Numbered from the stretch's first letter, positions 38,147 through 50,375 are shown. The stretch: DNA of 64,000 nucleotides from Camelus dromedarius (GCF_036321535.1 NC_087437.1:11906001-11970000); one strand, 5' to 3'. Notes: a model not told the origin generated them from the sequence alone. Numbers and translations are program-made.

Positions 38147-38282
38147 ATTAGAGCTAAGAGCTTTGCACAGTTCATCTTCCAGATGTAGACACATTAATGA
38201 ATTTAAGTGTATTAATTTTCCTCTAGCATCTACAATTTATTATTGGCTTGGTTTAGCAGTGAGATGTTAAAAGGGGTCCAAG
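38147..38282 (+). pseudogene. Pseudo-exon (frameshifted; 3' end uncertain)
   Basis: atattttacag acceptor; open stretch ...HINEFKCINFPLASTIYYWLGLAV. Confidence 0.4.
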
Positions 38283-38429
38283 GTCCAAGTGAAATGATTT
38301 TTAAGTGCATTGGGAATGATGAGTTATATTCATTTTAACATCACCAAGTCCTTTTAAAGGCTCTATGTTGTCAATGTTAAGGTTTTTAAATCAGAATTTC
38401 CTTTGATAAATGCCTTACTGAAACACAGA

Positions 38430-40365
38430 AAAGACTAGGATAGGCATTTAGCAAACAAGGAAATACATTAGACCAATAAATTTATGAAAAGTTCAATGTT
38501 TTAAGTATCCCCATCAATAACCAGGGAAATGCAAAGTGAAACTACAATCAGGTAGCATTGCCTGCCCAGCTGGCTGGCAAATATTTTTTAAAGTTTGACC
38601 ATACCAAATGTTGGCAAAGATGTGAAGTGACAGAAAACTCCCGTACACTTCACTGAAGAGTGTAAATTGGTATAACCGCTATGGAAAATAATTGGGCATT
38701 TTTCTAGTTAAATTAACTGTATACAGTTTATCCTACAACTTTGCAAATCCACTTAAAGTACTTGCCCTTGGGAAAAGTGGTGGATATTAACATTAGGATA
38801 GATATATGAGAACAGTCATAGCCGCATTGCTTGAAATCGGCAGAACCTAGGAACAATTCATTATCCATCCACAGCATCATGGATAAGGAAATTGTGTTAC
38901 TTTAAGACATTGGAATACTGTAGTGAAAAGCAAGAAAAAATTAACTGCAACTATTCAAAATAACATGGACAAATCTCACAAACATAATATCGAGTGAGAA
39001 AAGCAGTCTTAAAATGATACATGTATTTTTATAATCATGTAAAATTCAAAAGAGTTGAACTACATTGTTGAAGGATGCACGAGTAAGTGCAAAAACTATA
39101 GAGAAAAGCAAAAAAGTGACTGTTGTCTAAGTTAGGAGAGTGGTTATTGCCAAGAGGAAGGACAAGGGTTGTTGCTGGAGACAGGCATGCTGAGGCTGCT
39201 GGGTAGCTGGTCATGTTTTCTTTCTTTTTTTTAATTGAAGTACAGTCGATGTACAATATTATGTTAGTTTCAGGTATACAACATAGTGATTAGACCTTTA
39301 AATACATTATGAAATGATCACTATGATAAGTCTAGTAACCATCTGTCACCATACAAAGTTATTACAGTATTATTGACTATATTCCTTATGCTGTATATTA
39401 TATCCCTCTGACTTATTTATTTTATAACTGCAAGTCTGTACCTCTTAATCTTCTTCACCTGTTTAGCCTAGTCTTCCACCCTCCCCTCTGGTAACCACCC
39501 ATTTCTTCTCTGTATCTATGAGTCTGTTTCTGTTTTGTTTTGTTTGTTCATTTGTTTTGTCATTTAGATTCTAAACATAGGTGAAATCATATGGTATTTG
39601 TCTTTTTCTATCTGACTTATTTTACATAGCATAAGATCCTCCACGTCCATCGATGTTGTTGCAAATGGCAGGATTTCATTATTTTTATGACTGAGTAATA
39701 TTCCATTGAGTGTTTATGTATGTGTATGTGTGTATGTGTGTGTGTATATATATATATCTCACATTTTCTTTGTCATTCATCTATCAGGTTGCTTCCACAT
39801 CTTAGCTATTGTAAATCATGCTGCAAGGAACATAGGGGTGGTTATATTTTTGAATTAGTGTTTTGTTTTCCTTGGGTAAATATCCAGAAGTGGAATTGCT
39901 GTGTCATATGGTAGTACTACTTTTAATTTTTTGAGGAACTTCCATACTGTTTTCTATGGTGGCTGCAACAATTTACATTCCCACCAACAGTGCATAGGGT
40001 TGCTTTTTCTTGAAATCTTCACTAACATCTGTTATTTCTTGCCTTTTGATAAAAGCCATTCTGACAGCTGTAAGGCACTATCTGATTGTGGTTTTGATTT
40101 GCATTTCCCTGATGATTAATTATGTTCAGCACCTTTTCACGTGCCTGTTGGCATTCTGCATGTCTTCTTTAAGAAAATGTCTATTCAGATCCTCTGCCCA
40201 TTTTTCAATACAATTTTTTTTATGATATTGAATCACATAAGTTCCTGTTTTATTTCTTGACCCAAGTGGTATTTAGAGTAGTATTTGCTTTACAGCAATT
40301 CATTGTAGTCTACATTTCATATTTTGTATTATTTTCTGAACACATGTTCTCTTTCAGAAAAAAAA
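38430..40365. mobile_element. Sense L1ME-like element split by an antisense L1MA-like insertion (39227-40245)
   Basis: 13-bp TSD with one mismatch: tgttttctttctt (39214-39226) and tgttttatttctt (40246-40258). Confidence 0.75.
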
Positions 40366-40379
40366 TTAAATACAACCAG

Positions 40380-40465
40380 AAAATTCTATACAAATGATTG
40401 GAAACAGGGAAAAAAGAGAATAGATAAGATAGCATTAAAATGTGTTATAATGCTTTTGTCTAAAA
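40380..40465 (+). pseudogene. Pseudo-exon
   Basis: KFYTNDWKQGKKRIDKIALKCVIMLLSK; abuts an L1 tail. Confidence 0.4.
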
Positions 40466-40732
40466 GTAGAATAAAACAACTCAAAATAATTGAAATAATC
40501 ATTTTACAAAACTTCAATTATTTTATAAAACAAGACGTCTTAAAATAGGATGGTTCTAGGTTAGATTAATACAGGGGCCCAACAATGTCTTCAAAGTTTC
40601 TTTCATCTTTTTGCTCTGCATTTTTCATCATATTATGCTATCTGATTGTTAGGATGGTTGTCCTAAATACAGAACAAACTGTGCATCCTTCTTTTTATTA
40701 GTGAAGAGAACCTTTTATCATGTGCTCAAACA

Positions 40733-40735
<3 letters not shown>

Positions 40736-40776
<41 letters not shown>
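40736..40776. repeat. (CA)n microsatellite
   Basis: About 20 CA units. Confidence 0.95.
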
Positions 40777-40779
<3 letters not shown>

Positions 40780-41112
40780 TTTTCCTCTTGACTCATCATC
40801 GTCTGAAACTGCATCTGATACTCATGCCCCCAATGCAAGAAAAGGGTCCCCATGATTGACTAAGACCAATTAGGTGTTACCTCCTCACCTCCCTTAAACA
40901 CAGTTGTGGAAAGGAGTGCAAATAACTGAAAAAAAGCAAGGTTCTGTTAGACAGGAAGAAGTATGAATGTTGCCTGCTACAAATTTTAAAAATATAGAAA
41001 GTTTCCCTGAAAATCTTGAGCCTTGGATGAAAACACTTCTAGAGTACTAATTAACACTTATTGAAAATGATCCATACCCAAGCATTTTCTAAAGTACCTT
41101 TTTGATTTAAAG

Positions 41113-41258
41113 AGTTAAATTACCAGTAGGTGGATATAATACTACCCAAAGAGGTTAATTCAAATCCAAATGCTAGAAAAGGAGGAACATGTAGACTTTC
41201 TAGGAGAAATACTCTTTGTTTCTAATCATGTCTATTCCTGGTTAGGCCACTGTTTACG
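41113..41258 (+). pseudogene. Pseudo-exon
   Basis: ttttgatttaaag acceptor, ACG|gtaagg donor; ...YYPKRLIQIQMLEKEEHVDFLGEILFVSNHVYSWLGHCL. Confidence 0.6.
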
Positions 41259-41513
41259 GTAAGGGACAAGAAAAAGATATTGTCAGGCAAGAATGGACTA
41301 ATAAATCTTACCACCCCAAGAAATCTGCTGGAAAAGAAAAATGCATAAAAAGGATTTTCTTCGTTTTCTAATCATGAAGTAATAAGTCAAAAACTCAAGA
41401 ACTGGGAAGGAGGAGTATTCAAAATGGCACTGAGTAGTAAAGTTTAAAATTGACTCAGTATCTTCCAGGGGCCAGGAGTTAACTCCATAAATATTTGTTG
41501 TTTTAATAATTGT

Positions 41514-42986
41514 TGTTAATGTGATTTTTAAAAAATAAACCTTATTTTTCAGAACAGTTTTAGGTTTACAGAAAAATTATACAGATAATACAGGGAGTTC
41601 TCATAAACATGGTTCCCGATTTCTCCTTATTATTGATATCTTAAAAATTTTTTCTTCCAGTTTTCCTGAGATATAAATGCCATACACCGCTCACTGTATG
41701 TCGTGTCTCCTACCATTAACATCTTACACTAGTATGGTACATTTGTTACCATTAACAATCCAATACTGATATATTATTATTAAGTCCATAGTTTATTCAG
41801 ATTTCACTCGATTTTAGCCGATTTCCCTTTTTTTGGGTTGTTGTTCCAGGGTTCCATCCAAGACACCATGTTGCATTGTCATTCTCTTTAGCTCCTGATG
41901 ACTGTGACAGCTGCTCAGACTTTCTTTGTTTTTGATGGCTTTGACAGCTTTGAGGTATGCCAGTCCAATCCTCAACTGAAATTTGTCTGAGGTTTTTCTC
42001 ACAATTAGGCTGGGGCTGGAGATTTGGGGAGAAAAACCACAGAGGCCAAAGTGCAACTCACCACATCATATCAAGCTTCCATATTCTCAGCATGACTTAT
42101 GACTGCTGATGTTGACCTTGACCACCTGGCTGAGGTCGTGTTTGTTAGGCTTCTCTATTGTACAGCTAATCTTTTTAAAACCCTTTTCCATAATGTACTC
42201 GTTGGAAGGAACTCACTATGAGTAGCCCACCCTTTAGAGTGGGGACTTACGGCTCTTCCTTCTGGAGGACAGAGTACAAAAGTTATTTAGAATTATTCTA
42301 TGTGAAAGACTTGTCTCTTCTTCCATTTATTTATTTATTCAATCATTTATTTAAATATATTTTGTATATTTATTTTTGTCATAATTCAATGATTATTACT
42401 TTGTTGTTCAAATTGTTCTAGCTTTGTTCCATTTCCCTTTCAGATGGTTCCTGTGTCCCTTTGACATACTCCCAATATAGTGAGCTATCCCCTCCACCCC
42501 CCAGCCCCGGTACTTCTTTCCTTTCTGGTGCTTCAGCCTCATCTGTCTTTTCTGCCCTTAGCCTACAATCATCAACTTCTCCAAGAACTGCTGGTACTGT
42601 TTATTAGAGAATAGTATTAGAAACCAAGATCTTGGTGTTAAGTGTGCTCATTGCTTCTGGGGTGTCTTTACTGTCAGGCACCCTCAGCTGACAGAGCAAG
42701 GAAATATACATGTATATAACAACCACTGTACATTAATATTTTTATAAATATTTCTATCTGTAACCATATATTTTAAGCGAAACACGAGTTTGTACTAATG
42801 CCTCCAACTCTAATTCATTGCCTCATGAATCATCCAATCTCCTTTCCTTGCTGATCTGTAGCCTCCCACTCCAGCAGTGAGAAAGCTGGCTCCCATGACC
42901 TACCATCCATTTACTTAACTGTTTAATTCCCGTGTGCATGTGTAGCATTGCCAGAACTGTTCATCTGCCACTGTTAATGTGATTTT
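41514..42986 (-). mobile_element. L1MC/L1MD-like 3' end with perfect 15-bp TSD
   Basis: tgttaatgtgatttt at 41514-41528 and 42972-42986; ttttaggtttacagaaaaatt terminus. Confidence 0.8.
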
Positions 42987-43128
42987 GAACTTGATACAAA
43001 TATTAAATGTACTTTGTGGAAAAACATGTGCAGAATTCAAAAAGTAATAATAATTTATATATATATATATATACACATAAATATATATCTGGATCTCATA
43101 TTCCTGTATTTTTGTTTTTACTTGGGAG

Positions 43129-43223
43129 ACTTTGGGGGGAAGAAGATAGTAAAGGTGTACAACATTATTACCTCTCAGAATTAGCATCTCTTTCTTTAAT
43201 GGAGATGTTCAATTCCTGATAAG
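43129..43223 (+). pseudogene. Pseudo-exon (phase 2 start)
   Basis: AAG|gtaatg donor; LWGEEDSKGVQHYYLSELASLSLMEMFNS**; in phase with 41113-41258. Confidence 0.55.
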
Positions 43224-43963
43224 GTAATGAAATATAGGTTAAAATGGCATTTAATAGTGTAGGGTAAAATTGGTCATTATTATTTCTGAATCCCTGAAGA
43301 AAAAGAGGGAGGAGATAGTCCATCCTTCTGCTGAAGGATAGGAATTTTAAAAATTAAAACAAGCCTTGAATTCTGAAAGTTTCTTTGTAGTAAATTAATA
43401 AATAACAATTTATTTAAAATTTTCTAAGGATTTTCTAGGCAAATTATAGCTATAATTGTAAAGTTCACATAAAAGAAAAACTTATAACTGTGAATTTAAA
43501 GAAAAAATACATATCATTTTGGAAAAGCCAGTTGTGAAGAATTATTACCTTCATCTGTGTAAGAGTTTATACATTTTGGAATCGTACTCCTAAATCCACA
43601 GAAGCAGGAAGGTCTGTGCCTTGTTCATCTTTGTGAAAACAGCTTTGGTACAGAGTACTCAGTGAATGTTATATTGAAGATGACCTTCACTCCAATGTCA
43701 GCAAAAGTACATGATTTAATCATAGCTTGATGTAAAGCTAAGGTAATTATCCTTCCAGATATTCATGTTGCCAATATATTGTATACATATAACTACATAT
43801 GTAGTTTAGAATCACTGGAGATTTGTGATGAAATCTTATTCTATTTTAAAATAGAAAAGTGTTTACAATTCAGAAGTGATTATTAACATTAAAACATAAT
43901 TGACTCCCAGGACCCTTTAAATTAGTGAATATCACAAGGCATTTATGTGTTTATGTTTTACAG

Positions 43964-44129
43964 ATTATTAAATGCTTCACAGAGAGACTTGATTTGGTTG
44001 TAGGTAGATGTCTGAAAAGCAGAAAAGGAAAAATATACTTAAAGTTGAAGCATCAAGATTTGAATATGGTCTTCTAAAACTAAAATTAAATCACCCCTGT
44101 ATTGTAATAGAAATCTGTTAACATGACTG
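43964..44129 (+). pseudogene. Pseudo-exon (degraded)
   Basis: tgttttacag acceptor, CTG|gtatat donor; partial open frames. Confidence 0.4.
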
Positions 44130-44612
44130 GTATATAATTTATAGAAATTTGACAGAAGAATATTTTCAGATACATCTTTTCATTTAATTGAAATTGACTT
44201 AATTCTACCCTCTTTGTAAAAGCTAAAAATAAAATAGAATAAGTTCTTTTTGTTCCAATTAAATCTGTGGCTGTTTTACACACACACACACACACACACA
44301 CACTTAATTTTAATAAGCAGAAATACCTCCAATTGGGATATTATCTATATATTTTTAATTGAACTGAATAATGTATGTATAAGTGTAATGTGAGTTTACA
44401 TTTGAACACTTGTATAGCATATTTTATCTTTGTAAAGTTGTGTTATATCTTGTATACTGTTTATCATATTATGAAATATTTATTTTCAATGTATCTAGAA
44501 ATTTCATTAACAGTATTATTATATACTTTAAAGCCAGTCAGATCTTATCAATGTAAATGATTCCATGAAAGTGTATCTGATTGAATTCTAAACACTCATT
44601 TCTGAAAAATTA

Positions 44613-44782
44613 TAGTGCTACTCAAAAGTGTGAGCCTTGGACGGGCAGCCTCAGCACCATATGGTACTTGTGAAAAATGCAAATCATTAGGACCTACCTT
44701 ATACCCGCTGCATCAGAAACTTTGGGGTGGGGTCCAGGTGCTTCTGTTTTAACAGGCTTTCCAGGCAATTATGATGTATGTT
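44613..44782. mobile_element. MER5A DNA transposon
   Basis: aaatgcaaatc...catcagaaactttggggtggggtccagg...aagtttgaga. Confidence 0.75.
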
Positions 44783-45356
44783 AAAAGTTTGAGATGCACT
44801 GGCTTTTTGTATGTCTGGCTCTTTCTCAGATGTCATGTCCCAGCATAAATGTCACCTCCTTAGAGAAGTCTTATCTAATCTAAAGTAAAGCCATCTCAAT
44901 CATTTCTCTTTTTTATTTGGTAATTTTAAAATTTAGAAATAATTTTAGATTTACAGAAAATCCACAAGAGTATATAGTTTCCTATGTGTACTCAGATTCT
45001 CTGACAGCTAATATTTCACTATTTTTGCTTTATCATTTTATACACACACACATATTCACACATACCTATATAAACATCTGAGAGTAAGGTGCACCCCTAT
45101 CTCCTCTTCTTTCCTCAAATACTCAGCATGTATTTCCTAAAAACAAGGATAATCTCTTTCTTAACTGCAGTACAATTATAAAAACCAAGAAAGCAACAAT
45201 GAAACTACTATTTAATCAGTAGGTCTAATTACTTCATCGCTTGTTTAATATCCTGTAAAGCAAAATGCAAAAGGCTGGTCCCAAATCAATAATATGTACT
45301 TCGATAGCCTTGATAGTTAATACAAGGATAGCCGAGAAAAACTGTTTCTTTTTTAG

Positions 45357-45503
45357 CTATAAAGCTATGTGAAAGACACAGTCCACTACGTTTTTAATAT
45401 TTCCTCACTAAGAATCTTGTGATAAGTTGCCTTTACAGCTTACTACCAGGAAAATATTTGTTTTTCTTAAAACAGAGTGTGGGGAAGTTTCCCTCTTGGC
45501 CCT
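45357..45503 (+). pseudogene. Pseudo-exon (phase 1-1)
   Basis: tttcttttttag acceptor, CCT|gtaaga donor; IKLCERHSPLRF*YFLTKNLVISCLYSLLPGKYLFFLKQSVGKFPSWP. Confidence 0.6.
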
Positions 45504-45772
45504 GTAAGAAAGCCCAAAACGAACTCTGTGTCTTAATAACTGTAACAATATTACCTGTCTCTGCTCTTTCATAGATTTAATATTATATATCTATTTTAAC
45601 AGAAATTATCTATCCATTTATCTCTTCTAACTCTATTGTGAGCCATCTCCAATGCAAATAGAAACAAATATAACAAATAATAATATATTAAATATAACAA
45701 TTAAAAATATGGCAAATAATAAAATATCCAAGATTCTGTATATTCTCATTGTTCTTTAAGTTAAAAAAATAC

Positions 45773-45973
45773 TGGGCGGGAGGGTATAGCTCAGTGGTAG
45801 AGTGCACGCTTAGCATGCACAAGGTCATGGATTCAATCCCCAGCACCTCCATTTAAAAAATAAATAAATAAACCTAGTTACCTGCCCCTCCAAAAAAAGA
45901 GAATAGCAATAAATCAATAAATAAATAACCCAAAACTGTGGTAAATTCATACCACAGGAAAAAAGAAAAATAC
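45773..45973 (+). mobile_element. tRNA-derived SINE, camelid Vic-1-like
   Basis: gggagggtatagctcagtggtagag (A box), ggattcaatccc (B box), A-rich tail; aaaaatac on both flanks. Confidence 0.8.
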
Positions 45974-46109
45974 CAAATTCCAAAGATTATTTTTTTTGCA
46001 TTTTAAAACTCTGTCTTAAATATTTATCAGGGTTTGAAATTAGTCTGGTCCTTTAAAGTCACTTAAAAAAATGAACATATACAAAAGTGATCAAATTTAA
46101 TTTAATAAG

Positions 46110-46430
46110 TAGACTATATTATTTATTGCATAATAAATTACTCCAAAACTTAGCAGCTGAAACTAACAAATATTTATTATCTCTCAGCATTTCTGAGGGC
46201 CAAGAATCCAGGGAAGATGCATAATTCTGGCTCAGGTTGTAGCCAAAGCCGCAGTGATCTGAAGAGGGTCCAAGCCAGAAAGTTCACTCCCAGGTTTACT
46301 CAGGTGGTGTAGACAGACCTCAGCTCCTTAGCACATGGACTCTCCAGAGGGCTGCTTATCACAGGGCAGCCTACTTCTAACCCAAAGAGAGCCCAAGACA
46401 GAAACCTAGTCATGGAGGTGACATATTGCA
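46110..46430 (-). mobile_element. MLT1-family LTR
   Basis: caaaacttagcagctgaaac...tttattatctctca...caagaatccagg. Confidence 0.65.
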
Positions 46431-49140
46431 CGCCAACTATCATCACGATCTAATTTTAGAAACTTTTCATCACCTCCTCCAAAAAAAAAAAAAAAAAAAA
46501 CCCTGAAAAACTTTTGCTCTGTAGAAGACACTGTCAAGAGAGTAAAAAGACAAGTCACAGACTGAAAGAAACATTTGCAAAAGACACATCTGATAGTCAA
46601 TATCTACAAGAACTCTTAAAACTCAACAAGAAAATGAACAACATAATTTTAAAAATAAGCAAAACATCTGAACAGATATCTCACCAAAGAACATATACCA
46701 GATGGCAAATGAGCATGTGAAAAGACGTTCCCCATCTTATGTCATCAGGGAAATGCAAATTAACACAACAATGAGATACCACTACACACCTATTAGAATG
46801 TCCCAAATCTGAAACACTGACAACACCAAATCCTAAGAGGACATGGAGCAAAAGAAACTCTCCTTCATTGCTGGTGGGAATGCAAGGTGGTACAGCCACT
46901 TTAGGACAGTTTGACAGTTTCTTACAAAACTAAACATACTCTTAAAATATGATCCAGTAATCTTGCTCCTTGCTAGTTACCCAAAGGAATTGAAAACTTA
47001 GTCCACACAAAAACTTACACATGGAACATCTACATCAGCTTTTTTCATAATTGCCAAAACTTGGAAGCAAGCAAGGTGCCTGGATAAACAAACTGTGGTT
47101 CATTCAGACACTGGAATAGTATTCAGTGCTGAAAAGAAAGAACTATCAAGTCATAAGAAGATATAGTAGAACCTCAAATGTATATTACTGAATGAAAGAA
47201 GCCAACCTGAAAAGGCTACATACTGTACAATTCAGACAATATGACATCCTGGAAAAAGCAAAACTATGAAGACCGTGAAAGGATTAGTGATTGCCAGGAG
47301 TTAGAGGGGTATAAGGGAGCACACAGATTTTGAGGGCAGTGAAACTATTCTGTATGATACAGTAATGATGGATACATGTTATTAAACATTTGTCCTAATC
47401 CACAGAATGCACAACAGCCAGCTTAAATTCTAACATGAAGCACGGATTTGGGGTAATTATGATGTGTCAGTGTAGGGCCATCAGTTGTAAAAAGTGTCCC
47501 ACCCTGCTGGGGGATTTCCATAATGGGGGAGGCCATGCATATGTGGGGGCAAGAGAGAGATGCGAAATCTCTGTGCCTTTTGGTCAATTTTGCTGTGAAC
47601 CTAAAGCTACTCTAAAAATCATCTGTTTAAAAGCAAACAAGAAAGAAGAGAGAAAGAGAAAGGAAGGGAAAGACAGAAGAAGACAGAGAATCTCCCATAC
47701 CTATTAGCAATTACTCACCCTTCACTCCCCGCTACCACCAGGCCTTGGTAACCACTAATTTACTTTCTGTGTCCATGAATTTTCCTGTTCTGAGCTTTTC
47801 ATATAATTGATACCATACAATATGAGCCGTTTGTGTCTTCTTTCTTTAACTTAGCAGAAGGTGTTGAAAGTTCACCCACGTTGTAGTACATAGCAGTAGT
47901 TTATTTCTTTTTATGGCTGAATGTTGTTCCATTGTATGGAAATACCACATTTTGTTTTCCATTCCACAGTTTATGGACATTTAGAATGTCTCCACCTTTT
48001 GGTGAGTGTGAATAATGCTTCCAAATACAGGTACACATTTTTTTGTGTGTGAGTATGTGCCTTCTATTCTCTTGGGAAAAAAAAAATATAAAATAAAATT
48101 GCTGGGTCATTTAATAACTCAATGTCAACATTCTGAGGAACTTCCAGATTGTTTTTCTCAGTGGCTATACCATTCTATACCCTCATCAGCAATGTATAAA
48201 GGATTCTAACTTCTCCACATCCTCACCAACACCTGCTATTGTCTGTCTTTTTAAAATTTATTATTGTATCTATCTTAGTAGATGTAATGTCATCACATTG
48301 TCCTTTTGATTTGAATTTCCCTGATAACTAATGATGTTGAGCATCTTTTCATGTGCTTACTGGATATTTGCATGTCTTCTTTGGAAAAAAAATGTCTACT
48401 CAGACCTGCCAATTTAAAAAAATTTGGTTATTTGTCTTTTTTCTGTTGAAATTGTAAGAGTTACTTATATCTTCTTGATAAAAAGACCTTATCAGGTGGA
48501 TTATTTGCAAAATTTTTCCCATTCTATGGTTGTCTTCAATTTTTAATAGTGTTTTTTGATGCTTGAAAGTATTCAATTTTGATGAAGTCCAATTTCTCTA
48601 TTTATTCTTCTGTCAGTTGCACTTTTATTCTCATATTTAGGAAACCATTGCCTGATCCAAATTCAAACACATTCACTCCTGGGATTTCTTCTAATGGTTC
48701 TATGGTTTTAGCATTGGTATGTAGATCTTTGATCCATTTTTGAGTTAATTTTTGTATACAGTATGTGGTAGGAGTCCAACTGCATTCTTTTGTGTATGAC
48801 TGTCTAGTTGCCAGGATACAACATTTGTTAAAAAAAATTATTCTTTCCCTGTTGAATAGTCTTGGCACTCTTGTCAAAAGTCAGCTGAACATAAATGTAT
48901 GAATTTATTACTGGGCTCTTTTTTTCTAAACCATTAATCTGTATGTCTATCCTTATGCTAGTACTACATGGTCGTAATTACTGTAGATTTTTAGTTAAGT
49001 TTTGAAATAGGAAAGTGGAAGCCCCCTAACTTGTTTTGTTCAAGACTGTATTCATCATTCTGGGTCCTTTGCATTTTCATATTGTTTTAGGATCAGCTTG
49101 TCATTTTTGGCAAAAAAAAAAAAAAAAAAAGGCAGCTGGG
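46430..49140. mobile_element. Antisense L1MB-like element with a nested sense L1 3' end (~46505-47690)
   Basis: Orientation switches; sense part has agataccactacacacctattagaatg and tgctgtgaacctaaa; antisense part resumes ~47690. Confidence 0.8.
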
Positions 49141-49499
49141 AGAGTCTGCAGTCTAAACTGCTGAACCGTTATTGAAGATTACTTAGTACTACGGAAACAT
49201 GCCTACAATGTGACTGTGGTCCATGAATATGAGATTTTATTATACTCTGGTATGCATAGGTATGAATTAAAAGTTAAAGTAAGGTGATGGTTTTTAGAAA
49301 AATGGAATCATGCATTGTCTTTCTTCTTCTTTCATAATTTTTTGTTTTAATACTATTTTATAATAAGGAAAATATGCATTAAGTTTTTGAGGGAAGGATC
49401 TATTTTTTAAACTCCTTAAAGCATTTGTCATATTGCATCACACATAGTAGGCACTCAGTAAATAATTCTTGGAGTGAATTTTGTATTGCTCATTTGCAG

Positions 49500-49874
49500 A
49501 TGAAAAAAGTGAGTTCATCTGTATCGCATGCAACTCAAAGTAACTCTTAGAAAACAACTATTCAATCCAGCTAAATTCAACAAGAAAAGAAAATTTATGC
49601 ATACAAATACCCTTGAGTCAATTGCTTTAGAAACACACATTATGACTACTTTCATAAATACATATTTTTCTCAATAGATTCACATTTCTTCCATCACTAC
49701 TATTAGTTCCCTGAAAAATTGAGCCTTTAAGAAATAATTTGAAATATCAGGAAACAACCTTTTTTTCAAGTGGGCAGCATGAGCTAGATCTTATGACTTT
49801 TTTCCAAAATAATTCTAACCTTCGGGAGATTAGTAACTCAACTCCTTTCTGAGATGTCAAAGTCTAAGGCTGTG
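49500..49874 (+). pseudogene. Pseudo-exon (frameshifted)
   Basis: ctcatttgcag acceptor, phase fits 45357-45503; GTG|gtcagt donor; segments TFINTYFSQ*IHISSITTISSL and SYDFFQNNSNLREI; 5' end also looks MIR-like. Confidence 0.4.
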
Positions 49875-50002
49875 GTCAGTGAATAAAATGTGGCAACTTA
49901 TTAATTTGTTCTTGGAAAGCTTTACTTGGATAGGAAGATGACACTAATTGACTCCCTAAAAACTTATATCAATAGGGGGAAAAGGGTAATTGTATGTTAC
50001 AG

Positions 50003-50375
50003 GTAGTGCATCGATCTTACCATCATTAAGGAAAGCAAGTGAGGGTTAGTGGGGGTGTGAGAGGGAGTGGAGAACAGCCTACCTGTTCGCATTCTAGTAA
50101 TACCTCAAACCACTGCACTTTTACTTCCATGATTGATGACACCACTAAAAACCTCCGTGGGACGACCGCACACTCTTCAGTCTCAAGCTGTAGACCATTC
50201 ATTATGCTCGATATTTTCTACCCTGACCTGATATTGATGTACGCTGTGCTTAATGAATCATATTTATCACACTCTGTTACAGCCCAGGACATGTGGTGGA
50301 TCTTATCTTAGAGGCATGGTCCAAGTGGGAAATGGAGCAAGCAACGCGTGGGAATAGAATTGGACTAGAAGGCAG
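50003..50375 (+). pseudogene. Pseudo-exon
   Basis: tgttacag acceptor, CAG|gtcagg donor; contains 90-codon open frame ...MYAVLNESYLSHSVTAQDMWWILS. Confidence 0.4.

Larger units (their letters stand above)
9900..50375 (+). pseudogene. Intron-containing pseudogene of a large internally repetitive protein, possibly mesothelin/otoancorin/stereocilin-related
   Basis: About 25-30 AG/GT-flanked segments in unique DNA between repeats; phases chain from 20780 to 38018; ~8 stops in ~449 spliced codons (20780-32582), well below random expectation for AT-rich DNA; family call is from recollection only. Confidence 0.7.

Noticed and set aside
43170..44225. Minus-strand exon candidates (ELNISIKERDANSE, STIPKCINSYTDE, FTKRVELSQF...)
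   Set aside because: Phases do not chain, and two overlap better-supported + strand pseudo-exons.
45773..45850. tRNA gene
   Set aside because: A and B boxes are present, but it is followed by a SINE tail and TSD, and a second copy lies at 50535.
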